A stretch of 64,000 nt of DNA from Candidatus Saccharimonadota bacterium (GTDB lineage: Bacteria; Patescibacteriota; Saccharimonadia; Saccharimonadales; AWTP1-31), in assembly GCA_052034955.1 (NCBI GenBank), contig JBPOHZ010000003.1, positions 64,659 to 128,658 of the forward strand, read 5' to 3'. A program made the position numbers and the translations under genes. Shown here piece after piece: positions 28,289 through 37,185 of this stretch. How positions within the stretch are numbered: position 1 is the stretch's first letter; each line of letters starts with the position of its first letter. The notes beneath the pieces were generated by a model. The model was not told where the DNA came from. It did no database searches and was given only the letters and a program-made list of their open reading frames with translations.

Positions 28289-28455
28289 AATATCCTCCAG
28301 CTTTTAGATTCATGATTGTACTTGTCGGGCATCCAGCGCCTCTGCGCTGTTTTGGTCGATGCTTCCCTCGACTTGTACGTGCTACTTGTTACGTAACAAC
28401 CTCATATTACTTAACAGAAATGAAGAATCGCTGAAGGGTCAAATAACTGGTAAAA

Positions 28456-28482
28456 CAAAAAGCCGATTCGGAAGAATCGACT
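28456..28482 (-). terminator. Intrinsic terminator after tRNA-His
   Basis: On the minus strand: GTCGATTC-ttcc-GAATCGGC followed by TTTTT. Confidence 0.6.
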
Positions 28483-28489
28483 CTATGTA

Positions 28490-28567
28490 TGGGGTACCTG
28501 ATGGGGCTCGAACCCACGGCCTTCGGAACCACAACCCGACGCTCTAACCAGCTGAGCTACAGGTACC
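28490..28567 (-). tRNA. tRNA-His (anticodon GTG) with G-1
   Basis: Anticodon loop TTGTGGT. An extra 5' G pairs with discriminator C73. Encoded CCA. Confidence 0.88.
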
Positions 28568-28661
28568 GCAACTGACGCATTATATCTGTTAATGGGTATA
28601 TTTACAATAACTCCTACATGACCTAATACATATTTATGCAAAAATATTGTAAAATATACTT

Positions 28662-29408
28662 ATGGCCCAAAACTATCAACACTTTTCTGTACCGCTTATG
28701 GAAGTTCCTTGCAATAACTTTGAACAAATTAGAAAATCTGCCGAAGATATAACTAGTTATGATTACGGGGTATCGGAATCTGGCGCGCACGAGTTAAGTC
28801 TAGAAGCAGATGAAGTAGATCAGCTAGATCCAGCTGAGGCAAAGCTTATTAGGGATGTCCAAGATTCAATTGAGGATACTCTTTGGAAGGGATCTCTAGA
28901 ACGTGTCTGGATCTCGTGGGTAGAAGACGCTGGTTTGTTCGCCGACTATCTGAAAAGTATTAGGAACACCCCGTTTGGAAATTTTCATTGTGATCACCTA
29001 CGGGTGGTTTGGAACGGTAAGCTAGCGCTCGCCGCTCAGCCAGTTGGGCGCCTGATTATGACTGTTAACGGGAACGGTACAAGAGGTAGGGAGGGTCTAC
29101 TACGGGTCGATGAAGCCGATGCAAACTTGTTTGAGTCACGCTATTCATTTGAGCCACCTACAACCACGACAAGAAGAATTAGTAGAATGGGCGGTATAGT
29201 CCATGGCCTAGACGGACATTTTATCAGAGGCTATCCTGACGGTAGGGATATTGTCACTGATTTGCCGCCAAGAGTCATGACGCCAGGGCAGTGGAACTAC
29301 ATGCACCCTTCGTATGTACACGCCGTTACCGACCGACTAACCAATGGTCGGGTTGTAATTGCTACCGACCTCAAAGCACCCTCGCCACTACAGTTTAAGC
29401 AAACCTAG
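28662..29408 (+). CDS. Hypothetical protein (orphan)
   Basis: 248-aa ORF. It contains FHCDH and several His-rich patches, but I cannot assign a family. Confidence 0.55.
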   Translation: MAQNYQHFSVPLMEVPCNNFEQIRKSAEDITSYDYGVSESGAHELSLEADEVDQLDPAEAKLIRDVQDSIEDTLWKGSLERVWISWVEDAGLFADYLKSIRNTPFGNFHCDHLRVVWNGKLALAAQPVGRLIMTVNGNGTRGREGLLRVDEADANLFESRYSFEPPTTTTRRISRMGGIVHGLDGHFIRGYPDGRDIVTDLPPRVMTPGQWNYMHPSYVHAVTDRLTNGRVVIATDLKAPSPLQFKQT

Positions 29409-29449
29409 TTGACAGTACTATACCAAGTGTACTATACTAGCGGTATACT

Positions 29450-29833
29450 ATGGAAATTATAGATAAACTAGACTCTTTCGAACAGTCATTATTGATTGGC
29501 TGGGAAGATGTTCATAAAAAGAGCCAGTTGGGACTTTGGATATTCATTGCATTAAAAGATGGCCCAAAACACATGGCTCAAATAAAGAGTTTTATCAGTG
29601 AAGCTACAAATGGCTCAATGAGCAGCGATGACCAAAGTATGTATCGTGCATTAAGGCGTTTTAAGGACGGCCGAATGGTCGACTTTACGCTTAGGGTTGG
29701 CAAGGGTGGCCCAGATCTAAAGCAGTACTATCTAACTACTGTCGGTAGAAATGTGGTAGAGGCTTTTTTGGAACGTCAGGTTAAAATGTTTTATAACGAA
29801 CCAATTAAATCGATAATTAAAGGAGAAAAGTAA
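29450..29833 (+). CDS. PadR-family transcriptional regulator
   Basis: Winged-helix pattern MAQIKSFI...QSMYRALRRFKDGRMV...YYLTTVGRNV. Confidence 0.7.
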   Translation: MEIIDKLDSFEQSLLIGWEDVHKKSQLGLWIFIALKDGPKHMAQIKSFISEATNGSMSSDDQSMYRALRRFKDGRMVDFTLRVGKGGPDLKQYYLTTVGRNVVEAFLERQVKMFYNEPIKSIIKGEK

Positions 29834-30759
29834 TGTCAGCTAAAAAAGATCAAGCACCGGGACGATTCAAAAAGTCGTGGCTGTTATTTAAAGGTTCGTG
29901 GAAAGCGCTAAACATGGACAGGGAGTTGGTGGCAATACCAATCATTAGTTCTATTAGTGCTATTGTCGTTTTGGCAATGGCCGGAGTTACTGGCTTCCTT
30001 GCTAGAAATACTTTTTTCACAGCTGAATCACTAGATCCTAATGGTAAAGAATTTGCTACTACACCGTGGGGTATGGCTTTTTGGATATTCACATTACTTA
30101 TATTAACTGCCCTGGGAGTTATATTTAGCGGTGCCCTTATGCACGGTGCTCTAGAGCGATTTAAAGGCAATGACCCAACAATCCGCAGTAGCATCAAGGC
30201 TGCTCTAAAGCGAAGCGGTTCATTGGTAGTCTTCGGAACCTTCTCTGCGATTATCGGTTACATCTTTTCGGAAATTGCCGAACGAATCCCCTTCCTTGGC
30301 GGAAAGATTATCGCATGGCTAGCTGGATCGGCCTGGAATGTTGCATCTTTCTTTGCAATACCAGTTATTGTCACTAGCGACAAGCCAGTTTACCCCGTAG
30401 AGGCCACCCAAAAGAGCATTAAGCTAATCAAGAAGACTTGGGGCGAAAGTTTGATTGTATCGGTCGGTATCTCACTCTTTGCAATGCTTGGATTCATTTT
30501 GTACTTCATTGTTATCGGTGGTATCGGCGCATTGTTAGTAAATACGAGCATAACTGACGGCTGGCTATTTGCAGGAAGTGTAGTTGGCATGCTTGGATTC
30601 GTAATGATGATCCTTGTATTCACAATGCTAGAAACCTTTGCCAAAGCCGCAATTTACCATTACGCCACAACTGGCGAAGCTCCAGCTCATTTTGACGAGC
30701 GAATGATGAAGAACGCCTTTACCCCTCGCAAGGCCCGCAAGTTATTTGGCGCAGTTTAG
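29833..30759 (+). CDS. Polytopic membrane protein co-transcribed with PadR
   Basis: 308 aa with about 6 TM helices. The ATG overlaps the PadR stop (TAATG). Confidence 0.65.
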   Translation: MSAKKDQAPGRFKKSWLLFKGSWKALNMDRELVAIPIISSISAIVVLAMAGVTGFLARNTFFTAESLDPNGKEFATTPWGMAFWIFTLLILTALGVIFSGALMHGALERFKGNDPTIRSSIKAALKRSGSLVVFGTFSAIIGYIFSEIAERIPFLGGKIIAWLAGSAWNVASFFAIPVIVTSDKPVYPVEATQKSIKLIKKTWGESLIVSVGISLFAMLGFILYFIVIGGIGALLVNTSITDGWLFAGSVVGMLGFVMMILVFTMLETFAKAAIYHYATTGEAPAHFDERMMKNAFTPRKARKLFGAV

Positions 30760-30778
30760 CCCTAGCTAAAACCTATGG

Positions 30779-31555
30779 TTAGCCTTCCTTAACCTTATAG
30801 GCTAAGTATTTGATAGCGGTTAGATAATACTTATCGACGCCTTCTGGAATTGGTGTAGCTAATATTTCTTTCTTGGTCATCCACCGGTAACTACTATGTT
30901 CCCAGCTAATTTTTGGCTTCACAGAATCTTCTACCGATGTTTCGAATACGTAATGCTCGAAAGCGTCAACTCTTTCCCTATAAACTTGGTTAATCCGTGA
31001 TTTGGGTTGTTTAATCTTAGTTTCTTCTTCCAGTTCCCTTATAACTGCATCAATAGGGTCTTCTCCGGGGTCGACTTCGCCGCCGGGAAAATCTAGTTGC
31101 CCAGCAAAATATGGATGAGTATCTCCACGAGCTAGTGTAAGTATTTCGCCCTTACTATTGCTTACCAGGATCTTGGCTACGATATGGATGACGCCTATGT
31201 GGATGGCTACAACTCCGAACGCTTTCTCTTGTTCTTGCGTGTAGAATTTCTTGTATTCTTCTATTGCCTCTTCTAGTGACTTGGCGCGCGGAATTACCTT
31301 TTGATATCCAACGCTTGTAAGCATCTCGGCAAAAGAATCAAATCTTTCGATCTTGGTGATCTCAACCAATAATTGGTCGGGCTCCTCTTTGATAAGCTCG
31401 CCATTTTTATTGTAGGTATCGGCTCGGAGGCTTACGTGATCGCCGACCACACAGAGGGCAAACTTATCTCTGTATAGGCGACCTTCTACGGTTTTGTCGC
31501 CAGCTTTTATGTCTTCAAGAAGTGATTTTTCACGACCGGCTGTTAATGTTTTCAT
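30779..31555 (-). CDS. ASCH domain - NUDIX hydrolase fusion protein
   Basis: The N-terminal region KSLLEDIKAGDKTVEGR is ASCH-like. The C-terminal Nudix box is GGEVDPGEDPIDAVIRELEEETKI. Confidence 0.7.
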   Translation of the reverse strand: MKTLTAGREKSLLEDIKAGDKTVEGRLYRDKFALCVVGDHVSLRADTYNKNGELIKEEPDQLLVEITKIERFDSFAEMLTSVGYQKVIPRAKSLEEAIEEYKKFYTQEQEKAFGVVAIHIGVIHIVAKILVSNSKGEILTLARGDTHPYFAGQLDFPGGEVDPGEDPIDAVIRELEEETKIKQPKSRINQVYRERVDAFEHYVFETSVEDSVKPKISWEHSSYRWMTKKEILATPIPEGVDKYYLTAIKYLAYKVKEG

Positions 31556-31618
31556 GAGTCAAGTATACCGGTTTAGGTTCATCTGTATAAAAAGCCTGGC
31601 GTAAACCAGGCGATCGCT

Positions 31619-31695
31619 TGGTACTCCGGGAGGGACTCGAACCCCCAACCTAATGGTTAGAACCCATTTGCTCTATCCAATTGAGCTACCGGAGC
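31619..31695 (-). tRNA. tRNA-Arg (anticodon TCT)
   Basis: Acceptor GCTCCGG/CCGGAGT, anticodon stem AATGG/CCATT with loop GTTCTAA, encoded CCA. Confidence 0.85.
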
Positions 31696-31787
31696 TTATA
31701 ACCAAGATATTATAACCCATTTACTCTGTAAAGCTTGCAATAGTATTGGAGCGCCATCATAATCTTTATCATAAGCGAGATAAAACA

Positions 31788-33203
31788 ATGGATATAGACC
31801 CAACAGAACAACCACAAACACCTCAAACTCAACCACCACAGGTGCCACTCCAGCCTAGCCAGCCGCCAGCTGCGCCAATGCCCGACCCGGCTCAAACTCC
31901 CCCGCTTGAGCCGAATTTAAGCAGGGAAGAATCCATACTGAAGTCCGCCGGGGAAGGTTTAGAGGAATCTGTTCAGCCTGCCGAGCCAGTAAACCAAGTC
32001 GTAGTGCCAACCGGTCCAAAAAAGAGTCACAAGAAACTTATAGGTGTGTTGGTTGCATTAATAATCGTTGGCGCCGCCGGCGCATCGGCTTACTTTGTGC
32101 TCGGAGGCAAGAAAACTGACGCACCCACAAAGGTGGCCGACACTAAACCAGCAGTTGTTACCAAACCTGCAAATACCTACACTCCCGACAAAATAAACTA
32201 TGCTTTTAGGGCAAAAGATACGGACCTATTTAGTATATATTACCGACCTTCAGTAGGGGGCCAGCGCACAGAGGTTACTAAGCTAGACAATATAGACCAA
32301 TATCCTCAGTCATCGGTAGTAAAAGATGCTGTCGCTTACGCGGTTGGAAGAGATGTATTTTTCAGCTCCGATTCGGGAGTTACCTTTAAAAAAATATACA
32401 CCTTAAGTCAAACAGAGCTAGCAAATGGTATTTTAATTTCTAATGATCTTAAACGAATAGCAATTAGCGCTTTTGACGAGAAGAACATTACCCCCACTAT
32501 ATTATTTAGTATCAATGTAGATGGAAAGGACAAGCAAGAACATGTTAGACTTACCGAAACATCACTAAGTCCTATAGGCTACAACAATACAGATCAAAAG
32601 ATTGCTTATGACGAAGGTTGTACGCAGTGTGACGGACCACGCACGGCCTATAAGATTTACGATGTAAAGACTAAAAAGTCGACCGATATAGTTAAAGTTA
32701 CAGAGCGAAACTACTACAATGATTTTGCAATAAGTGATGATTTAAGCACTTTTGTATTTGTGACTGGCGATATTTATTCCGGAGACCAAGCCGGACCAGG
32801 GTCAGCTACGGCTGCACCATATAAGGTTAACGTTATCAATTTGGCCTCTGGAAAAGCTGAGCTCGCTTCGACTATGGGTAAAAGAGGAGAGAAGAACCCT
32901 AACGGAACTGATAAGCTCAGGTTTATAAAAGTTGGGTTTATGGCAGGCAAAAATACACCTTACTTTACAGACGAGGACAAGCTTAGCAAATTCGAGGCTG
33001 GCAAAGTTAGCTTAGTTTACCAGGCCGACAAGAATATATTTGACGTGCATTATGTGGGCGACAAAACTGCCATAGTAAGTACCAAGGCTTCTCCAGAAAC
33101 AAGCGACGAAGACTTAGTTAGTTACGACCGAATCGCAAACAAGACTACAAACATTCTTATTGCCGATGCCAACACTTCGATATTTGGTGTAACTACCAAG
33201 TAG
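31788..33203 (+). CDS. Membrane-anchored extracytoplasmic protein, Pro-rich N-terminus, probable beta-propeller
   Basis: PQTPQTQPPQVPLQPSQPP region, TM helix LIGVLVALIIVGAAGASAYFVL, then a beta-rich repeat-like region. The domain call is weak. Confidence 0.6.
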   Translation: MDIDPTEQPQTPQTQPPQVPLQPSQPPAAPMPDPAQTPPLEPNLSREESILKSAGEGLEESVQPAEPVNQVVVPTGPKKSHKKLIGVLVALIIVGAAGASAYFVLGGKKTDAPTKVADTKPAVVTKPANTYTPDKINYAFRAKDTDLFSIYYRPSVGGQRTEVTKLDNIDQYPQSSVVKDAVAYAVGRDVFFSSDSGVTFKKIYTLSQTELANGILISNDLKRIAISAFDEKNITPTILFSINVDGKDKQEHVRLTETSLSPIGYNNTDQKIAYDEGCTQCDGPRTAYKIYDVKTKKSTDIVKVTERNYYNDFAISDDLSTFVFVTGDIYSGDQAGPGSATAAPYKVNVINLASGKAELASTMGKRGEKNPNGTDKLRFIKVGFMAGKNTPYFTDEDKLSKFEAGKVSLVYQADKNIFDVHYVGDKTAIVSTKASPETSDEDLVSYDRIANKTTNILIADANTSIFGVTTK

Positions 33204-33250
33204 CAAGGCTAGCAGAATAGATTGGATTCTGGTATAATCCAATCTGTTAA

Positions 33251-33325
33251 GCGGGTGTCGTACAACGGCTAGTATATGAGTTTTCCAAACTCAGGACGAG
33301 GGTTCGATTCCCTCCACCCGCACCA
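33251..33325 (+). tRNA. tRNA-Gly (anticodon TCC)
   Basis: Acceptor GCGGGTG/CACCCGC, anticodon loop TTTCCAA, T-loop TTCGATT, encoded CCA. Confidence 0.9.
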
Positions 33326-33333
33326 AATTTAGG

Positions 33334-33356
33334 ACCCGACCCAGTGTCGGGTTTTG
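33334..33356 (+). terminator. Hairpin terminator after tRNA-Gly
   Basis: ACCCGAC-ccagt-GTCGGGT followed by TTTG. Confidence 0.5.
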
Positions 33357-33416
33357 AATTTTACTATATTTTTACAAGCAATTTTTTGTCCGTCAAAGTC
33401 GTGATAGACTTTGAAT

Positions 33417-33698
33417 ATGAACGATGAGATTATCACTGACCTAAAGCAATTCATCACTGTTGTTATATCACAGCAGACTTATGATTTGTCAAAGCGAATT
33501 GATGGACTAGACTCTAAATTTGAAAGCCTTGACTCGAAGGTAGATAAGCTTGCTAAACGAGTAGATGGAATAGATGTCAAAATAGACGACTTATCTGATT
33601 CTGTAGCAGAAGCCATTGATTCCTCCAACAAGGTTTACGAGGAATGGCTAAAAGATCACGAAGCTAGAATCACCAAACTAGAAACAAAACCTGCTTAG
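33417..33698 (+). CDS. Small coiled-coil protein
   Basis: Heptad-like repeats (RIDGLDSKFESLDSKVDKLAKRVDGIDVKIDDL). No family recognised. Confidence 0.55.
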   Translation: MNDEIITDLKQFITVVISQQTYDLSKRIDGLDSKFESLDSKVDKLAKRVDGIDVKIDDLSDSVAEAIDSSNKVYEEWLKDHEARITKLETKPA

Positions 33699-33701
33699 TA
33701 T

Positions 33702-34328
33702 TTATTTGTCGTTGGCAAAGCTGAATCGGCCAACTCGTCGCCTGGTCATTAGCGGAGATTGGGCGTAGGGATTGATGGCATGACGCCGGTTAGTGGTTAT
33801 CTTCTGCCAAGACTCGGGAGTTAGCGGCAGTAATCCATTGGCTTGCTGATCTGTTAGCTCGTTACCGCTTTCGAATACTTGCATTGGAATGGCTTGTCTT
33901 TGAGCGTGGGTTGATACTGCAGATCTATCAGTGGTGTGGCCCCTTTGTTCCATCACTTTTCTTTGGATAAAGTGCGTTATGTCACGCAGGTCTGGTTTGC
34001 TTAGGCTTTGGAACTTGAAGTCTTTACTGAAGCTTCGGACGTGGATGGTGGCACCCAGGATCTGGTGTCCATAATCTACCTCGGCAATCATATCGTAGCG
34101 GATATCCTCGACATTTAGGAAGAAGGGCTTCTTATCGACAAGTAGTAGGCGGTGGTTGGTGGCTACCAGGGTGGCGAATCCGCCGGCGTAGTGTCCATGG
34201 CGGACATGTTCGATGACTTCGCCTTGGATCATGATCTTGGGGAGCTCGGCTAATTCTGGCTTACCCCAGAAATTTTGATCGGCACCGACTCTTCGCAGTT
34301 GTCCTTGGACTACTCTTGGGTCTACCAT
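33702..34328 (-). CDS. Bacterial PH-domain protein (YokE-like)
   Basis: GFATLVATNHRLLLVDKKPF..EDIRYDMIAEVDY..ATIHV pattern. GGAGGAG SD. Confidence 0.55.
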   Translation of the reverse strand: MVDPRVVQGQLRRVGADQNFWGKPELAELPKIMIQGEVIEHVRHGHYAGGFATLVATNHRLLLVDKKPFFLNVEDIRYDMIAEVDYGHQILGATIHVRSFSKDFKFQSLSKPDLRDITHFIQRKVMEQRGHTTDRSAVSTHAQRQAIPMQVFESGNELTDQQANGLLPLTPESWQKITTNRRHAINPYAQSPLMTRRRVGRFSFANDK

Positions 34329-34484
34329 TGCTGTCTCCTCCGTTTAACTATCTTAATAATAGTCTTCTATTGATTACCCTACAGCTAACAAGATCACTTT
34401 GAGTTTGTGACATTCCTCACAATCATTATGTACTTGCTTATAATCAATTAATATGTTACAATAGTATCAATTCAAGGAGTTATT

Positions 34485-35003
34485 ATGGCCAAATTATTTA
34501 AGAGCAAGAGGCCCGACAGGTGTCATCTAAAAAAAGCAGAAATTACAAATGAAACTTATCCATTTAGCGGGACACGTACTGTTCCGGATAGGTCATCTAC
34601 TGCATATATCCAGACCTTAGCAGATAGGAGAGGCACTTTTGACAAGTACGAATATCAGTATCAAGGTGGTTTATACATAGAAGAACAATTCGTTGAGGAA
34701 AGAACTCGGAGAGTAGCAACATTTACATGCATGAGAACCGCTCAACTTGGTATGGAGCCAATCACTTCTGTTACCGAATCACAAGTAGTAACCGACTCTG
34801 AACTTACGCGGTCTTTGTTTAATAAAGTAGGAGGCATGGGATTGTGTGAGGCATGTCCTTTTAATGGTATGAACGAACTAAAGGCAAATACCTTACGTGC
34901 ACAGATGGACCAAGCTGCAGCCGAGCAAATGACTGCCGAACTTGCTAGGCGCCAAGCTCATGCCGAACTCGAAGAATTCCTTCGCGGTAACCAAGACCAA
35001 TAA
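34485..35003 (+). CDS. Hypothetical protein (orphan)
   Basis: 172-aa ORF behind AAGGAG, with a C-terminal helical tail. No family recognised. Confidence 0.55.
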   Translation: MAKLFKSKRPDRCHLKKAEITNETYPFSGTRTVPDRSSTAYIQTLADRRGTFDKYEYQYQGGLYIEEQFVEERTRRVATFTCMRTAQLGMEPITSVTESQVVTDSELTRSLFNKVGGMGLCEACPFNGMNELKANTLRAQMDQAAAEQMTAELARRQAHAELEEFLRGNQDQ

Positions 35004-35050
35004 GATTCTCATAATTAGACAACTTTGTACTTTGTTGACATAATAAAGTT

Positions 35051-35698
35051 ATGTTGGCGTCACCGGAGCAAACCCAGTCTCTGATCGATACCTTTAAGAA
35101 AGGGTCCCGTCTCACCTATAAGAAAGGTGAATATATAATCCGCCCGGGCGAACAGCTCGCGGCGGTTTTTTATATAGAGGAGGGGTTGGTTAAGGCTTAC
35201 GACATAACTAAATATGGCGAAGAGAACTTACTGATTATCCGAAAGAACCACGAAGTGTTCCCGCTTATTTGGGCGGTGACCGGGCAGGAGCGAAGCGTTA
35301 TATACCAAGTACTTGCACCTACCGTTGTGTGGCGTATAACCCGTGAAGCTTACCTTGAGTACCTTCATGGCCATCCTGATGCCCTGGCTCCAATCTTAGA
35401 TATGACTATAGAAATGTATAGGATCCACAGCGAAAGAATTATGAGCCTAGAGTACCGCACAGTCCGGGAAAGGTTGATCTCTTTCTTACTTGGCAGTGCC
35501 ACCAGATTTGGTAAACATGTTAAGGATGGAACGATGCTGGATGTGCCCCTAAGGCAACAGGACATCGCTAGTTCAATCAATGCATCGCGCGAAACAACCG
35601 GGCGGGAGATGTCGGTATTGGAACGCCAAGGCTTGGTGCGTGTCGAAAAGTCGCTAATAATACTGTTGGACGAAAAGAAGCTTAAGTCCTTCCTCTGA
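35051..35698 (+). CDS. Crp/Fnr-family transcriptional regulator (cNMP-binding domain + HTH)
   Basis: Beta-roll region GEYIIRPGEQLAAVFYIEEGLVKAY and the C-terminal HTH QQDIASSINASRETTGREMSVLERQGLV. Confidence 0.8.
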   Translation: MLASPEQTQSLIDTFKKGSRLTYKKGEYIIRPGEQLAAVFYIEEGLVKAYDITKYGEENLLIIRKNHEVFPLIWAVTGQERSVIYQVLAPTVVWRITREAYLEYLHGHPDALAPILDMTIEMYRIHSERIMSLEYRTVRERLISFLLGSATRFGKHVKDGTMLDVPLRQQDIASSINASRETTGREMSVLERQGLVRVEKSLIILLDEKKLKSFL

Positions 35699-35710
35699 TA
35701 TACTAGTCAG

Positions 35711-36511
35711 ATGAAGAGTTTAAGCGGCAAAGATTTAGCCGAATATATCAAAGAGCGTCAAGGTCACCAAGCCCGCAGTCTAAGGCAGGGCAAAGACATC
35801 GTTCCCAAGCTGGCAATTATCCGTACCAATCCTGACCCGGTAGTTGACCGTTATATGGAGCTCAAGCAAAACTATGGCAATGACATTGGTGTCGATGTTG
35901 ACGTCCATACTATTAAACAAGACGAAGCCATAGAGACCATAAAGAAGTTAAACAAAGACGATTCTGTACATGGAATAATCGTCCAGATTCCGCTGCCCGA
36001 TCCAACTCAGACAGACGAAATTCTTAATGCTGTTGCATCAAACAAGGACGTAGATGGACTAGCTAGCAAAACTAATTTTGATCCGGCTACACCAGTAGCT
36101 ATTAGTTGGCTACTTGCCGGCTACAATGTGCAGCTTAAAGATAAGAATATTGTTATTGTTGGCAACGGTCGACTTGTCGGTAAGCCGCTTGCCAAACTCT
36201 GGGAACAGTCTGGCCTAGAAGTAACCGTCGCAGATAAAAACACCAAAGATTTAAGCTCAATCACAAAGCAAGCCGACATCTTGGTTAGTGCTACGGGCTC
36301 ACCCGGACTTATTAAACCCGACATGGTTAAGTCGGATGCAGTGATCATTGACGCAGGTGTTGCGACTGACAGCAATGGATTGGTTGGAGATGTAACGCCC
36401 GAAGTTCGTGACATGTCAGACATCACCATTTCTGCCAAGTTGGGTGGTGTGGGTCCTCTAACGGTATGTGCTTTGTTCGAGAATGTTATTCGATCTGCCG
36501 AAAGAGCTTAG
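35711..36511 (+). CDS. folD: Bifunctional methylenetetrahydrofolate dehydrogenase/cyclohydrolase FolD
   Basis: VHGIIVQIPLP, VIVGNGRLVGKPL and GGVGPLTV motifs. Confidence 0.9.
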   Translation: MKSLSGKDLAEYIKERQGHQARSLRQGKDIVPKLAIIRTNPDPVVDRYMELKQNYGNDIGVDVDVHTIKQDEAIETIKKLNKDDSVHGIIVQIPLPDPTQTDEILNAVASNKDVDGLASKTNFDPATPVAISWLLAGYNVQLKDKNIVIVGNGRLVGKPLAKLWEQSGLEVTVADKNTKDLSSITKQADILVSATGSPGLIKPDMVKSDAVIIDAGVATDSNGLVGDVTPEVRDMSDITISAKLGGVGPLTVCALFENVIRSAERA

Positions 36512-36783
36512 CTACCGATAATTTTTTTGTGATTGCTAACGACTTCGTCGATTACAAGTCTAAGATACTTGGCTGCAAATTCAGGGTTAAGACCATGCTC
36601 TTTAGCTAGTTTCTGGATTCTCTCAAACTGCAGTGCTTCTCTGGCTAAATCTATGGCGGGCAGATTATTGTCTCTTTTATGTTCACCAACTTTTTGGGTA
36701 ACTTCAAATCTCTTGGAGAGTAGTTCGACAATCTGGTTGTCTATGGAATCTAACTGGTTTCGTAAATCATTTAAATCATGCAT
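36508..36783 (-). CDS. Chorismate mutase (AroQ class)
   Basis: 91-aa all-helical protein: LRNQLDSIDNQIVELLSKRFEVTQKVGEHK.... Confidence 0.75.
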   Translation of the reverse strand: MHDLNDLRNQLDSIDNQIVELLSKRFEVTQKVGEHKRDNNLPAIDLAREALQFERIQKLAKEHGLNPEFAAKYLRLVIDEVVSNHKKIIGS

Positions 36784-36916
36784 TATCTCACTTTATCATA
36801 ATCATGGCATCTATAGTTGTGATATTTTATTGGTATAAGTTAATAACAACAACGATTCAACTCTTTAAAAAGTAGTATTACTAACTCTTATGTTTTTCTT
36901 TAAGCATTGTTACCAA

Positions 36917-36963
36917 TTGACCTCAAAATTTCATAAAGCTACAAATAGTTTGTAGATCTACAA
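36917..36963 (+). promoter_or_regulatory. Promoter TTGACC-17-TACAAA overlapped by nested palindromes (candidate operator)
   Basis: -35 at 36917-36922 and -10 at 36940-36945. CTACAAA-tag-TTTGTAG at 36939-36955 and TTGTAGATCTACAA at 36950-36963. Confidence 0.5.
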
Positions 36964-36986
36964 CAAACTAACGAGGGGAGAGGGTT

Positions 36987-37184
36987 ATGGATAGTTCGTT
37001 GATTGTTCCCGATAGGGAGGCGCTGTATCAGCCCAAAGAAGCAGCAGTTTTAATTGTCGGTGCTGCTTGGGTATTAATGATCGGCTCATCAACTCTGGCG
37101 GCAATTATTCTTTGTGGCTGGCGTGGTGCCAAAAGTATCGCCATGGACTGGATCAGAATGAGGGCGACATTTACTTGTAGGTAG
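36987..37184 (+). CDS. 65-aa hydrophobic/cationic peptide, first gene of the ABC operon
   Basis: Strong SD GGGGAGAGGG. Hydrophobic core AAVLIVGAAWVLMIGSSTLAAIILCGW and a basic tail. Confidence 0.55.
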   Translation: MDSSLIVPDREALYQPKEAAVLIVGAAWVLMIGSSTLAAIILCGWRGAKSIAMDWIRMRATFTCR

Positions 37185-37185
37185 T

